From an uncultured Pseudomonadota bacterium (GTDB taxonomy: Bacteria > Myxococcota_A > UBA796 > GCA-2862545), in contig CALATR010000217.1 of NCBI GenBank assembly GCA_937891875.1, forward strand, positions 1 through 39,530: a stretch of 39,530 nucleotides of DNA, read 5' to 3'. Shown piece after piece: positions 10,705-18,500 of the stretch. Position numbers and translations under genes: made by a program. Numbering within the stretch: the stretch's first letter is position 1; the number at the start of each line of letters is the position of its first letter. The notes beneath the pieces were generated by a model. That model did not search any database. It had not been told where the DNA came from and saw only the letters and a program-made list of their open reading frames with translations.

Positions 10705-11049
10705 CCGTCAGGTTCGAGCGAGGTCTTTCGCGCGTTGGGCGATCCGGTGCGCCAGGAGATGCTGTCCCGGCTGCGCTCGGGGGAGCACACGGCCGGCGCG
10801 CTCGGGGAGGGCCTCCCGATCAGCCAGCCCGCGGCGAGCCAGCACCTCAAGGTGCTGCGCGAGGCCGGCCTCGTGCGGGTGCGCAAGCAGGGGCGGCGGC
10901 GGCTCTACCGGCTGGCTCCGGAGCGGCTGCGCGAGGCCCACGACTGGCTGGCCCACTACCGCGCCTTCTGGGAGGCTCGACTGGACGAGCTCGAGGAGGC
11001 CCTGGATCACGACGAGAGTCTCGAAGGGGAGGATGGCGATGCGAGGTGA
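10693..11049 (+). CDS. ArsR/SmtB-family transcriptional regulator
   Basis: VFRALGDPVRQEMLSRLRSGEHTAGALGEGLPISQPAASQHLKVLREAGLVRVRKQGRRRLYRL is the canonical winged-HTH of the family. Confidence 0.85.
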   Translation: MINNPSGSSEVFRALGDPVRQEMLSRLRSGEHTAGALGEGLPISQPAASQHLKVLREAGLVRVRKQGRRRLYRLAPERLREAHDWLAHYRAFWEARLDELEEALDHDESLEGEDGDAR

Positions 11050-13174
11050 ACTGGTCATCGAGCGCGAGCTCGCGCACCCGCCGGAGCGGGTCTGGTCTCA
11101 GGTGACGTCGCCGCGGGGTGGGGCGGCGTTCTTCCACGCGCAGGGCTTCCGGGCGGAGGTCGGCCATCGCTTCCGGGCCACGGTCCCGCGCGGGCCTGGG
11201 TTCGACGGCGCCGTGCAGGTCGAGGTCCTGGAGGTCGAGGCGCCCGAGCGTCTGCGCATGTCCTGGCGCGGTGGCCCGGTCGCGGGGGAGGTCCGGCTCA
11301 CGGTCGAGCCCCTGGGCGAGGGTGGCAGCCGCCTCGTGCTGGTGCAGACCGGCTTCGATCGGGCGGAGCAGCAGCTGCTCGCGCCCGCGCTGCTCGCGGC
11401 GTGGCAGGGGCGGGTCGATGGCTTGCCCGCGGTGCTCGCCGGGGTGGGGGGAGGCGTCGGGGGCGCGTCTGCCGGGGTGCTTGGAGCGACCGTGCTGTCG
11501 GCGGTCGTGGGGGTCGCGGCGCTGCTCGCCGCGCTGGTCGGCGTGTGGCTGTGGCTCGGAGGGGCCGCGGTCGCGGGGGAGGGGGCTGGGCCGGAACGGA
11601 CGGCCGGCGCCGGTGGCGAGGTCCATGGACTGGAGTCGGGCGGCGAGGTCGACCCGGCCGACGATGTGGGGGACTCGGTGCCGGGGGGGACCGGGGTACG
11701 CGGGGGCGTGCTCACCGTGTTCGAGGAGGAGATGCCCAGGTTCAACCCGCTCTACCCGCGGGGCATGGTCGATGTTCGCAGCCAGGAGCTGGTGTTCGAC
11801 CGGCTCTTCTACCAGGACGCCGGGACCGGCGAGATGCGCAGCCGCCTGGTACGGAAGTTCCAGGTCCAGGACGGTGGACTGGCGCTCCTGGTGACCCTGC
11901 GCGGTGATGTCCGCTGGCACGACGGCACCCCCCTCACCGCCGCCGACGTGTGCTTCACCGTGGCCGCGCAGGTCCACGTCGACAACCCGATCGTGGGGCG
12001 GATCGACGGTGAGGGGGCCGTCGCGTGCGAAGTCCAGGCGAGCGACGCCGCGCTGCTCCACTTCGCCCGGCCCAGCGCCTACCCGCTCGATGCGGCCAGC
12101 TTCCCTATCCTGCCGGCCCACGTCTTCGGCGGGGACCCGGTGATCCCCAGGGGGCACGACTTCGCCATGCAGCCGGTGGGCACGGGACCGTTCTCGGTCA
12201 GCGTGGGTCGCCGCCGGTCGCACCTGACCCGGTACGTGAACCCACACCACGATGCACTGCTCGACGGCATCGAGATCGTGGAGGCGGGCGATCCCTTTGT
12301 CGCGGTGCGCACCCTGGCGGCCGGCGGCGTGCACGGCATGGTCGCGGTGGAGCCGGTCATGGAGGAGGCGGTCACGGGGCTCGACGTGCACGCGACGCCG
12401 TACGCGACGCAGCGTTGGGTGACCATGACGTTGAATGCGGACAAGCTGGACCTCGACCTGCGCACGGCGGTCGATGCGGCGCTCGATCGCGAAGCGCTGG
12501 TCCAGGTCGGCACCCGAGTGCCGAAGTCGCTGGCCGATCAGCACCAGCTGGCGCAGGGGCCGTTCCTGCCTGGGGATCGCCGCTATCCGGCGTCAGCCAC
12601 GGTCCGCCCCGGCGCCGATCCGGCCGCGGTGGAGCAGGCGATGGAGCGCGCCGGCGCGGTGAGGGAGGCCGGACGCTGGCTGCGTGATGACGAGCCCGTC
12701 ATGCTGCGGGTCGGCGTGCAGTCCGACCTGTCGACGCGGGCGCCGGGGCTGCTGGACGAGGTCCGCAACCAGCTGACCCTGCAGGGCTTCACCGTGCAGA
12801 TCTACAAGGTCTCCCAGTCGGACTGGGCGACGATGACCCCCGCCAAGGCACGGCCGTACCACGTGCTCATCGGCGACCAGCGGGCGCTGACGTCCTCGGA
12901 CGTGCGCGCCTTCCTCCACCGCGACGGGCCCCAGAACCTGTTCGGCCAGTCCGACCCCGAGCTCGACGCTGCCCTCGAGGGCCTGGATGGTCCGGATCGG
13001 GCCGATGCCGCCGCCGCTGCGGTCGAGGTCGTCGACCTGGTCGAGCGTCAGCGCCGGGTGCTCTTCCTCTGGAGCGAGGGTGGGCTCTCCGCCTGGAGCC
13101 CCGCCGTCCGGGGCGCCGTGATCACGCCCTACTACTTCTGGACCGAGGTCGACCGGTGGTGGCTCGAGCCGTGA
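11033..13174 (+). CDS. Fusion protein: N-terminal SRPBCC/AHSA1-like domain, TM helix, then a full-length family-5 (peptide/nickel type) solute-binding protein domain
   Basis: One uninterrupted 713-aa ORF overlapping the arsR stop. Residues 1-130 are AHSA1-like (ELVIERELAHPPERVWSQVTSP...VLEVEAPERLRMSW...GSRLVLVQTGF). TM helix VLSAVVGVAALLAALVGVWLWL. Then SBP_bac_5-like LVRKFQVQDGGLALLVTLRGDVRWHDGTPLTAADVCFT...MQPVGTGPF. Confidence 0.75.
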   Translation: MAMRGELVIERELAHPPERVWSQVTSPRGGAAFFHAQGFRAEVGHRFRATVPRGPGFDGAVQVEVLEVEAPERLRMSWRGGPVAGEVRLTVEPLGEGGSRLVLVQTGFDRAEQQLLAPALLAAWQGRVDGLPAVLAGVGGGVGGASAGVLGATVLSAVVGVAALLAALVGVWLWLGGAAVAGEGAGPERTAGAGGEVHGLESGGEVDPADDVGDSVPGGTGVRGGVLTVFEEEMPRFNPLYPRGMVDVRSQELVFDRLFYQDAGTGEMRSRLVRKFQVQDGGLALLVTLRGDVRWHDGTPLTAADVCFTVAAQVHVDNPIVGRIDGEGAVACEVQASDAALLHFARPSAYPLDAASFPILPAHVFGGDPVIPRGHDFAMQPVGTGPFSVSVGRRRSHLTRYVNPHHDALLDGIEIVEAGDPFVAVRTLAAGGVHGMVAVEPVMEEAVTGLDVHATPYATQRWVTMTLNADKLDLDLRTAVDAALDREALVQVGTRVPKSLADQHQLAQGPFLPGDRRYPASATVRPGADPAAVEQAMERAGAVREAGRWLRDDEPVMLRVGVQSDLSTRAPGLLDEVRNQLTLQGFTVQIYKVSQSDWATMTPAKARPYHVLIGDQRALTSSDVRAFLHRDGPQNLFGQSDPELDAALEGLDGPDRADAAAAAVEVVDLVERQRRVLFLWSEGGLSAWSPAVRGAVITPYYFWTEVDRWWLEP

Positions 13175-13567
13175 TCAGCGCAGGAGCACGGCTGCGCCGT
13201 AGATCCCGAGGCTGACGATGAGGATGGCCAGCTGGATGATGCCACGCAGGGCGGGGCCGGTCGCCCGTGCGGTCAGGGTGTGCACGAAGGCGAGCACGAC
13301 GGCGAGGGCCACGAGGCCGATCTTGAGGTGCAGGCGACCGTAGGCCCAGGGCAGGGGAATGAGCACCACCTGCAGGATGCCGGTGACGATCGCGACGCCC
13401 ATGGCGGTCCAGGAGGCCCAGCCGAACGCCCGGGCGGCGGCGCGCAGGTACTCGCGATCGGCGCCGGCGCGACGCAGGGCGACGACCAGCACGGCGAGCA
13501 CGATGAGTCCACCGGTCCACACGGACGCGGCCAGGAGGTGGACCCAGCGGACGAGGTCCAGCAGCAT
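13175..13567 (-). CDS. Small 4-TM membrane protein, CopD-domain-like
   Basis: LVRWVHLLAASVWTGGLIVL... with four hydrophobic helices. GGAG 6 nt before the ATG. Its stop abuts the convergent stop of 11033..13174 (TGATCA). Confidence 0.5.
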   Translation of the reverse strand: MLLDLVRWVHLLAASVWTGGLIVLAVLVVALRRAGADREYLRAAARAFGWASWTAMGVAIVTGILQVVLIPLPWAYGRLHLKIGLVALAVVLAFVHTLTARATGPALRGIIQLAILIVSLGIYGAAVLLR

Positions 13568-13579
13568 GGGTCACTCCAG

Positions 13580-13990
13580 TCAGCGCTTCTTGAGGTCGCG
13601 CAGGGCGCGGAGCACGGCGGACGGACCACTCTCTTCGGTCTCGTCCTCGGCGGGCTCGCCCTTGACCCGCCGCACCATGGACGTGCTGTGGGCGGGGGGC
13701 GGGGCGCCGCGACCGCGGGCGCTGGACGGCGGGGGAGCGCCGTCGGCGAGCGGATCGTAGCCGCTGGTCGTGCGCCACGCATCGCCGCTGTTGCCGTAGC
13801 CAGCGACCAGATCGTCGATTCCGGCCGACGGGGCGTCCGCGTCCTCGAACTGGGCGGCGACGCCGAAGAGGCTCTTGATGTCGAGCTGGGACTTGCAGGC
13901 GGGGCAGGCCGCGACTCCGCCCGAGGAGTCGATGGCCTCGGGATCGAACTGGGCCCCGCAGGACGGGCAGCGGACGTGGTCGAAGTACAT
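13580..13990 (-). CDS. Zinc-ribbon protein of unknown function
   Basis: MYFDHVRCPSCGAQF...ACPACKSQLD (two CxxC pairs) with a low-complexity tail. GGAG 5 nt before the ATG. Confidence 0.55.
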   Translation of the reverse strand: MYFDHVRCPSCGAQFDPEAIDSSGGVAACPACKSQLDIKSLFGVAAQFEDADAPSAGIDDLVAGYGNSGDAWRTTSGYDPLADGAPPPSSARGRGAPPPAHSTSMVRRVKGEPAEDETEESGPSAVLRALRDLKKR

Positions 13991-14017
13991 GGGTTCTCCG
14001 CGTGAGCCCAGAGCGTA

Positions 14018-15298
14018 TCAAGGGGCGCGCGCGGGCACGCTCACGGTGGCGACGGTCCCGCCGCCAGGGGCGCTGCGGACCTGCAGCTCGCCGCCCAGCG
14101 CCCGGGCGAGCACCCGACTCGCGGCGAGCCCGAGCCCGAGCCCCTCCGCGGAGCGCGCGGCCCCCTCCGAGACCTGCCGCAATGGCGTCAGGGCCAGCTC
14201 GAGCTCGTCCGGCGACATGCCCGGGCCGGTGTCGCGGACCTCCACCCAGGCGTGCTCGTGGTCCCTGCCGGTGCAGACGTCGACGCGGCCTTCTTCGGTG
14301 AAGCGAGTCGCGTTGCTCACGAGGTGCCGGACAATCTGGGTGATGCGGCGGCGATCGGTGACCGTCACCGCGGGGGTCGGCGCCAGGTGCACGGCGACGC
14401 CGCGTTCGGTGGCGGCCGGGCCGAGCTCGTCGACCAGCTGGCGCGCGACCTCGGCGAGGTCGAGAGGGTCCGCGTGCAGGCGGAGAGCTCCCTGCTGGTC
14501 ATCGACGAACACCAGCAGATCCTCGACCAGGGCCTGCAGGCGCCTGCCGCTGATCCGGGCGGCCTCGACCAGGGCGCGGGTGTAGTCGGGCAGCTCCTCG
14601 TCGAGCATCAGCTCGGTGGCGCCCAGGATGCCGTTGAGGGGAGTCCGCAGCTCGTGGTGGGCGGTGAGGAGCAGGCGGTGGCGGATCTCCTCCGCGCGGG
14701 CGGCCTGTTCCTTGGCGGCGGCCTCTGCGACGAGCGAGCGGATCACCTCCTGGCGATCGGCCTCGGCGATCCACTGCAGGCCACCGAGCGCGATGGTCGA
14801 GAGCAGCATCATGACCGCGAGGGGCGAGGCGGCGGTGGGGGTCAGGTCCGGGACCTGGTACACGCACCAGGCGATGCCGGCCAGGGTCGTCACCATGACC
14901 GTTGGCAGGGCCCAGCGGCTGGGGATCAGCGCACCGATCACGAGCGGGAGGAAGGCGAGGGGGATGCCCGCTGCCAGGTCGACCCCGTCCTCGGAGGTGC
15001 CCAGCATCACCCAGGTCAGCGCGGTGCCCGTGGTCGCGAAGACCCACAGGGCGGCCAGTCCCCACCGCGACCGGATGCCGACGTAGAGCAGGACCAGTGC
15101 AGAGATGAACGCACCGGTCACCCACGGATCCCCACGGAACTGCTCCGGGTAGACGAGCAGGACCACGACGACCGTCGGAATGCCCGTGCCGAGGAGCACG
15201 GCCAGGGTGGCGGCGATGACCCGGAGGCGCCGGGCGAGCGAGGCCTCGGCGATGTGCTTCGATGGGCTCGCGATGATCTGGCCGAACCAGCGGATCAC
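14018..15298 (-). CDS. Membrane-bound sensor histidine kinase
   Basis: About 6 N-terminal TM helices. H-box HHELRTPLNGILGATELM. N, G1 and G2 regions RHLVSNATRFT, VRDTGPGMSPDEL, GLGLGLAASR. GTG start preceded by GGGAGGGAGGA. Confidence 0.85.
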   Translation of the reverse strand: MIRWFGQIIASPSKHIAEASLARRLRVIAATLAVLLGTGIPTVVVVLLVYPEQFRGDPWVTGAFISALVLLYVGIRSRWGLAALWVFATTGTALTWVMLGTSEDGVDLAAGIPLAFLPLVIGALIPSRWALPTVMVTTLAGIAWCVYQVPDLTPTAASPLAVMMLLSTIALGGLQWIAEADRQEVIRSLVAEAAAKEQAARAEEIRHRLLLTAHHELRTPLNGILGATELMLDEELPDYTRALVEAARISGRRLQALVEDLLVFVDDQQGALRLHADPLDLAEVARQLVDELGPAATERGVAVHLAPTPAVTVTDRRRITQIVRHLVSNATRFTEEGRVDVCTGRDHEHAWVEVRDTGPGMSPDELELALTPLRQVSEGAARSAEGLGLGLAASRVLARALGGELQVRSAPGGGTVATVSVPARAP

Positions 15299-15319
15299 CT
15301 CGGTCGTCCTCCCTCCCCG

Positions 15320-15964
15320 TCAGCTCCTGCCGAGATCGGCGCACCAGGGTGGCGGGTCTACTGGATCGGTCCGTACACCAGGCCCCTGAAGTCCGACATG
15401 GTGCAGGTGGAAGGCGATCTCTTCCGACAGGGCCGGGCCGCCGCCGTAGAGCTGATCCCCGCGCAGTGCCAGCCCGACGAAGGCGGCGTGGACTCGGATC
15501 TGGTGGGTCACCCCGGTCGTGATCACCGCCTGCCACAGGCGGTCGCCCTGGTGGGTCAGCTCGGTGTGGGCCTCGTACCACTGGCCCCGGTGGGGCGTGT
15601 TGCGGCCACGCTGAACGATCATCCTGGACTTTCGGCGCTTGTCATGCGCGATCGGTCGGTCGACCGCGTGCTCGGACCACGGCACGGTCCGATCGGTCTC
15701 GAAGACGTAGGTCTTGCGCAGGGCGCCGGTCGCGAACAGCTCGCGCATGTGGGCCAGCTCTTCCGGGTCGTCCGCCACCCACAGCGCGCCCGAGGTCGGC
15801 ACGTCCAGGCGATGGGCGATGCCCCCGGCGAACCCGTCGGGCCACGAGATGCTCCGCCGCCAGGGCTCCGCCGCGAGCAGGTCGCGCAGCGCACAAGGAC
15901 CGGATGGGTCTCGATGCGGTGCAAACGTGGGCTTGCCCGCTGCCTTGCACCACGTCGTCGCCAC
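15320..15964 (-). CDS. RluA-family pseudouridine synthase
   Basis: C-terminal part of track ORF 15320..17539. Catalytic HRLDVPTSG and TGVTHQIRVH motifs. Start set at GTG 15964, just before KAAGKPTFAPH (the KPaG motif); no in-frame ATG is available. Confidence 0.8.
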   Translation of the reverse strand: MATTWCKAAGKPTFAPHRDPSGPCALRDLLAAEPWRRSISWPDGFAGGIAHRLDVPTSGALWVADDPEELAHMRELFATGALRKTYVFETDRTVPWSEHAVDRPIAHDKRRKSRMIVQRGRNTPHRGQWYEAHTELTHQGDRLWQAVITTGVTHQIRVHAAFVGLALRGDQLYGGGPALSEEIAFHLHHVGLQGPGVRTDPVDPPPWCADLGRS

Positions 15965-16075
15965 GTGGACCCCTCCCGGAACGGGTACCGGACGTGCCCG
16001 GACACTCCGTTCACACGCCTTGCTGTACCATGTAGTCTCAATCGCGCGCCGTACGGCGTGATCAGGGAGGTCGCT

Positions 16076-16540
16076 GTGAGGTTCGGATTCCTCGTCGTCG
16101 CATCGTTGCTCGTCGCCTGCGGGCCGAGCGCTGCCGAGCAGAAGGCCGCACAGGAGGCCGCAGAGGCCCGCAAGGACTGTGGCCGCACGTACTCCAGCTC
16201 CGAGAAGGTGCTCCAGGACCTGCTCTACAGCCGCGGCGTCGCCGAGGTGAAGTTCGCAGACCGCGGGGCCTACATCGACAAGTGCGTGGAGCTCTCGCTG
16301 TCCGCGGCCGAGCTCAAGTGCACCGACCCCAACCTCGCGCAAGGCCCCGAGTGCCAGGGGATTCCCGAGGAGTCGCGCAAGAAGATCACCGAGCTGCAGA
16401 AGTTCATGACCTCGCCGATGCGCGAAGAGGCCGACGAGAAGAAGGCCGAGGGCGAGAAGGCCGCGGGCGAGGCCGGCGGTGAGGCTGCTGGCGGAGGTGA
16501 GACCCCGCCGGCGGAGGGTGCCGAGGGCGGCGGCGAGTAG
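16076..16540 (+). CDS. Lipoprotein with an acidic, low-complexity C-terminus
   Basis: C-terminal part of track ORF 14252..16540. GTG 16076 is preceded by GGGAGG at a 5-nt spacing. Lipobox LLVAC in VRFGFLVVASLLVACGPS. Confidence 0.6.
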   Translation: MRFGFLVVASLLVACGPSAAEQKAAQEAAEARKDCGRTYSSSEKVLQDLLYSRGVAEVKFADRGAYIDKCVELSLSAAELKCTDPNLAQGPECQGIPEESRKKITELQKFMTSPMREEADEKKAEGEKAAGEAGGEAAGGGETPPAEGAEGGGE

Positions 16541-17293
16541 TTGTCGTCCGCAGAGCGCAGCGCCCCGCGCGTGCTGGTCACCGGCGCGTCCCGGGGCATC
16601 GGACGGGCGATCGCCCGGCGCTTCGGCCGTGACGGCGCGCACGTCCTGGTCGACTACCTGCGCAGCGACCAGGCCGCCGAGGCGGTCTGTGACGAGATCC
16701 GCGAGCTGGGGGGCCAGGCGTCTGCCGTCCAGGCGGACGTGCGCAACCCGGACGCGCTGAAGGAGCTGGTGGGAGCTGTCGAGGAGCGCCTCGGCGGCCT
16801 CGACGTGCTGGTGCACAACGCGGCGATCGGTGCCTTGAAGCCGGCGGATCGGTTGAGGGTCAGCCACTGGGACCTGACGCTCGAGAGCTCCCTGCGCCCG
16901 TTCTGGCTGCTGTCCAAGCTGGCCCTGCCGCTCCTCTCGCCGGGCGGCAGCATCGTCGGGCTGTCCAGCCTGGGCTCGGTGCGCCACACCCCCGGCTACG
17001 CGGCCATGGGGGCAGCGAAGGCCGGGGTGGAGGCGCTGACCCGGCAGCTGGCGGTGGAGCTGGCGCCGGACGTGCGGGTGAACACCGTGCGCGGCGGGCT
17101 CGTGCGCACGGATGCCTTGCACGCCTTCCCGGAGCACGACACGTTCGCCACAGAGGTCGAGGCGGCGACGCCCCTCGGCTCGCTCGCTCGTCCGGAGGAC
17201 CTCGCAGAGGCGGTGGCCTTCCTGGCGAGCCCCGCCGCGGCGGCCATCACCGGGCAGGTGCTGGTGGTGGACGGCGGCTTCTCCGCGAGGTGA
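16541..17293 (+). CDS. fabL: SDR-family oxidoreductase, FabL-like enoyl-ACP reductase
   Basis: LVTGASRGIGRAIA Rossmann motif. SSLGSVRHTPGYAAMGAAKAGVEALTRQLAVELAP has Tyr-x6-Lys (enoyl reductase spacing, not the SDR YxxxK). RTDALHAFP and QVLVVDGG parallel B. subtilis FabL as I recall it. The TTG start is uncertain. Confidence 0.6.
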   Translation: MSSAERSAPRVLVTGASRGIGRAIARRFGRDGAHVLVDYLRSDQAAEAVCDEIRELGGQASAVQADVRNPDALKELVGAVEERLGGLDVLVHNAAIGALKPADRLRVSHWDLTLESSLRPFWLLSKLALPLLSPGGSIVGLSSLGSVRHTPGYAAMGAAKAGVEALTRQLAVELAPDVRVNTVRGGLVRTDALHAFPEHDTFATEVEAATPLGSLARPEDLAEAVAFLASPAAAAITGQVLVVDGGFSAR

Positions 17294-17297
17294 CGAC

Positions 17298-17828
17298 ATG
17301 AGCGAAGGGGACGGTCCGAAGCGCGGTTTCCGCCTGGAGGTGGACCCGGAGCAGGTCGAGGAGACCGTGCGCGAGCTGCGCCGGAGGGTCCAGGAGACCT
17401 TCCGGGCGGGCGCCACCACTCGGGTGCGGCTGTCGTTCAAGGGGCAGCGGATCGGCCCGGACATCCCGCTCGCGGTGTTCCTCGCTGGCGAGGGTGTCGC
17501 GTTCTGGCTGCTGTCCCCGCTGCCGGCGCTGCTCATCAACCTCGGCGCTCGAGCGGTGCTCGACGTCGAGCTCGTCGACGAGGCCGAGGAGCTGGTCTCG
17601 GAAGGTGTGCAGCACTACCTCGACGGGGATCTGGAGCGCGCCGAGCGCTGCTACCGGCGTGCCCTGCGCAAGCGCCCCGAGGATCCGTCGGCGCTCTACA
17701 ACCTGGGCGTGCTGCTCGCGGTCTCGGGCCGAACGGAGGAAGCGCGGGCCATGTACCGGGCGGCCGCCATGGGTCCCGAGGGGCACCCGGACGTGGCCCG
17801 GGCCAGCGAGGCGCTCGGCCGGCTGTAG
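17298..17828 (+). CDS. Membrane-associated TPR-repeat protein
   Basis: Internal ATG of track ORF 17112..17828, 4 nt after the fabL stop, with GAGG upstream. Hydrophobic segment IPLAVFLAGEGVAFWLLSPLPALLINL. TPR-like GDLERAERCYRRALRKRPEDPSALYNLGVLLAVSGRTEEARAMY. Confidence 0.6.
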   Translation: MSEGDGPKRGFRLEVDPEQVEETVRELRRRVQETFRAGATTRVRLSFKGQRIGPDIPLAVFLAGEGVAFWLLSPLPALLINLGARAVLDVELVDEAEELVSEGVQHYLDGDLERAERCYRRALRKRPEDPSALYNLGVLLAVSGRTEEARAMYRAAAMGPEGHPDVARASEALGRL

Positions 17829-17930
17829 TCCGCGGGTGGGCGGTGGCGTTCGAAACGGCATGTAGACTCGGAGGCCAGCGGGGCGCCGTGGCGCGCCTGC
17901 CTGGGTCCCGATACGGCCCGTCGGTGTGAG

Positions 17931-18494
17931 GTGGACGTGCAGACAGCCTGGCTCGGACGTGCAGCCGTCGTGATGCTCGCGGCGTGCTCCTTCGGCGAGT
18001 CGCGGGTGCTGGTGCTCGATGGGCCGGCGAAGGTCAGTACGGACCACCTGGGTCCGGTCGAGGGACCGTCCGCCCTGCTCTCCGACGGCAGCGTGCCCGA
18101 GGGTGTCACCTGGCGGGTGGAGCCCGACCGTATCGCGACCGTGCAGGACGGCGTGGTCAACGCGCTCGCTCCGGGGGAGGCCACGGTCACCGCGGGCTGG
18201 CAGGGCCAGGAGATCCAGTGGACCCTGGTGGTGGACCCGCGGATCAGCCTGCGCCTCGTGCGTCCGCCGGGCCAGCTCGAGGTCGGCAAGCGGCAGCCCC
18301 TGCACCTCGAGGCCCGCATGGGCGAGCAGATCGTCGACCCGGGCAAGGTGGTGTGGACCTCCAGCGCTCCCGAGGTACTCACCGTCACCGAGGCCGGGGA
18401 GGTGAAGGCCGTTGCGCCGGGCACCTCCTACGTCATCGCCACCCGGGGATCGTCGGAAGCCATGGCCGAGATCCAGGTCATCGAGGCGCCGTAG
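17931..18494 (+). CDS. Lipoprotein with two Big_2-like (bacterial Ig-like) domains
   Basis: Lipobox VVMLAAC. Repeated VTWRVEPDRIATVQDGVVNALAPGEATVTA and VVWTSSAPEVLTVTEAGEVKAVAPGTSYVIA. The start may instead be GTG 17937. Confidence 0.65.
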   Translation: MDVQTAWLGRAAVVMLAACSFGESRVLVLDGPAKVSTDHLGPVEGPSALLSDGSVPEGVTWRVEPDRIATVQDGVVNALAPGEATVTAGWQGQEIQWTLVVDPRISLRLVRPPGQLEVGKRQPLHLEARMGEQIVDPGKVVWTSSAPEVLTVTEAGEVKAVAPGTSYVIATRGSSEAMAEIQVIEAP

Positions 18495-18500
18495 AGCACG

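Noticed and set aside
16030-16058. TTCACA-N17-TAGTCT, a possible sigma70 promoter for the lipoprotein/fabL string.
   Set aside because: The predicted TSS (~16065) would fall on the GGGAGG SD of the GTG start at 16076, leaving no leader. This could be chance in a short AT-richer patch.
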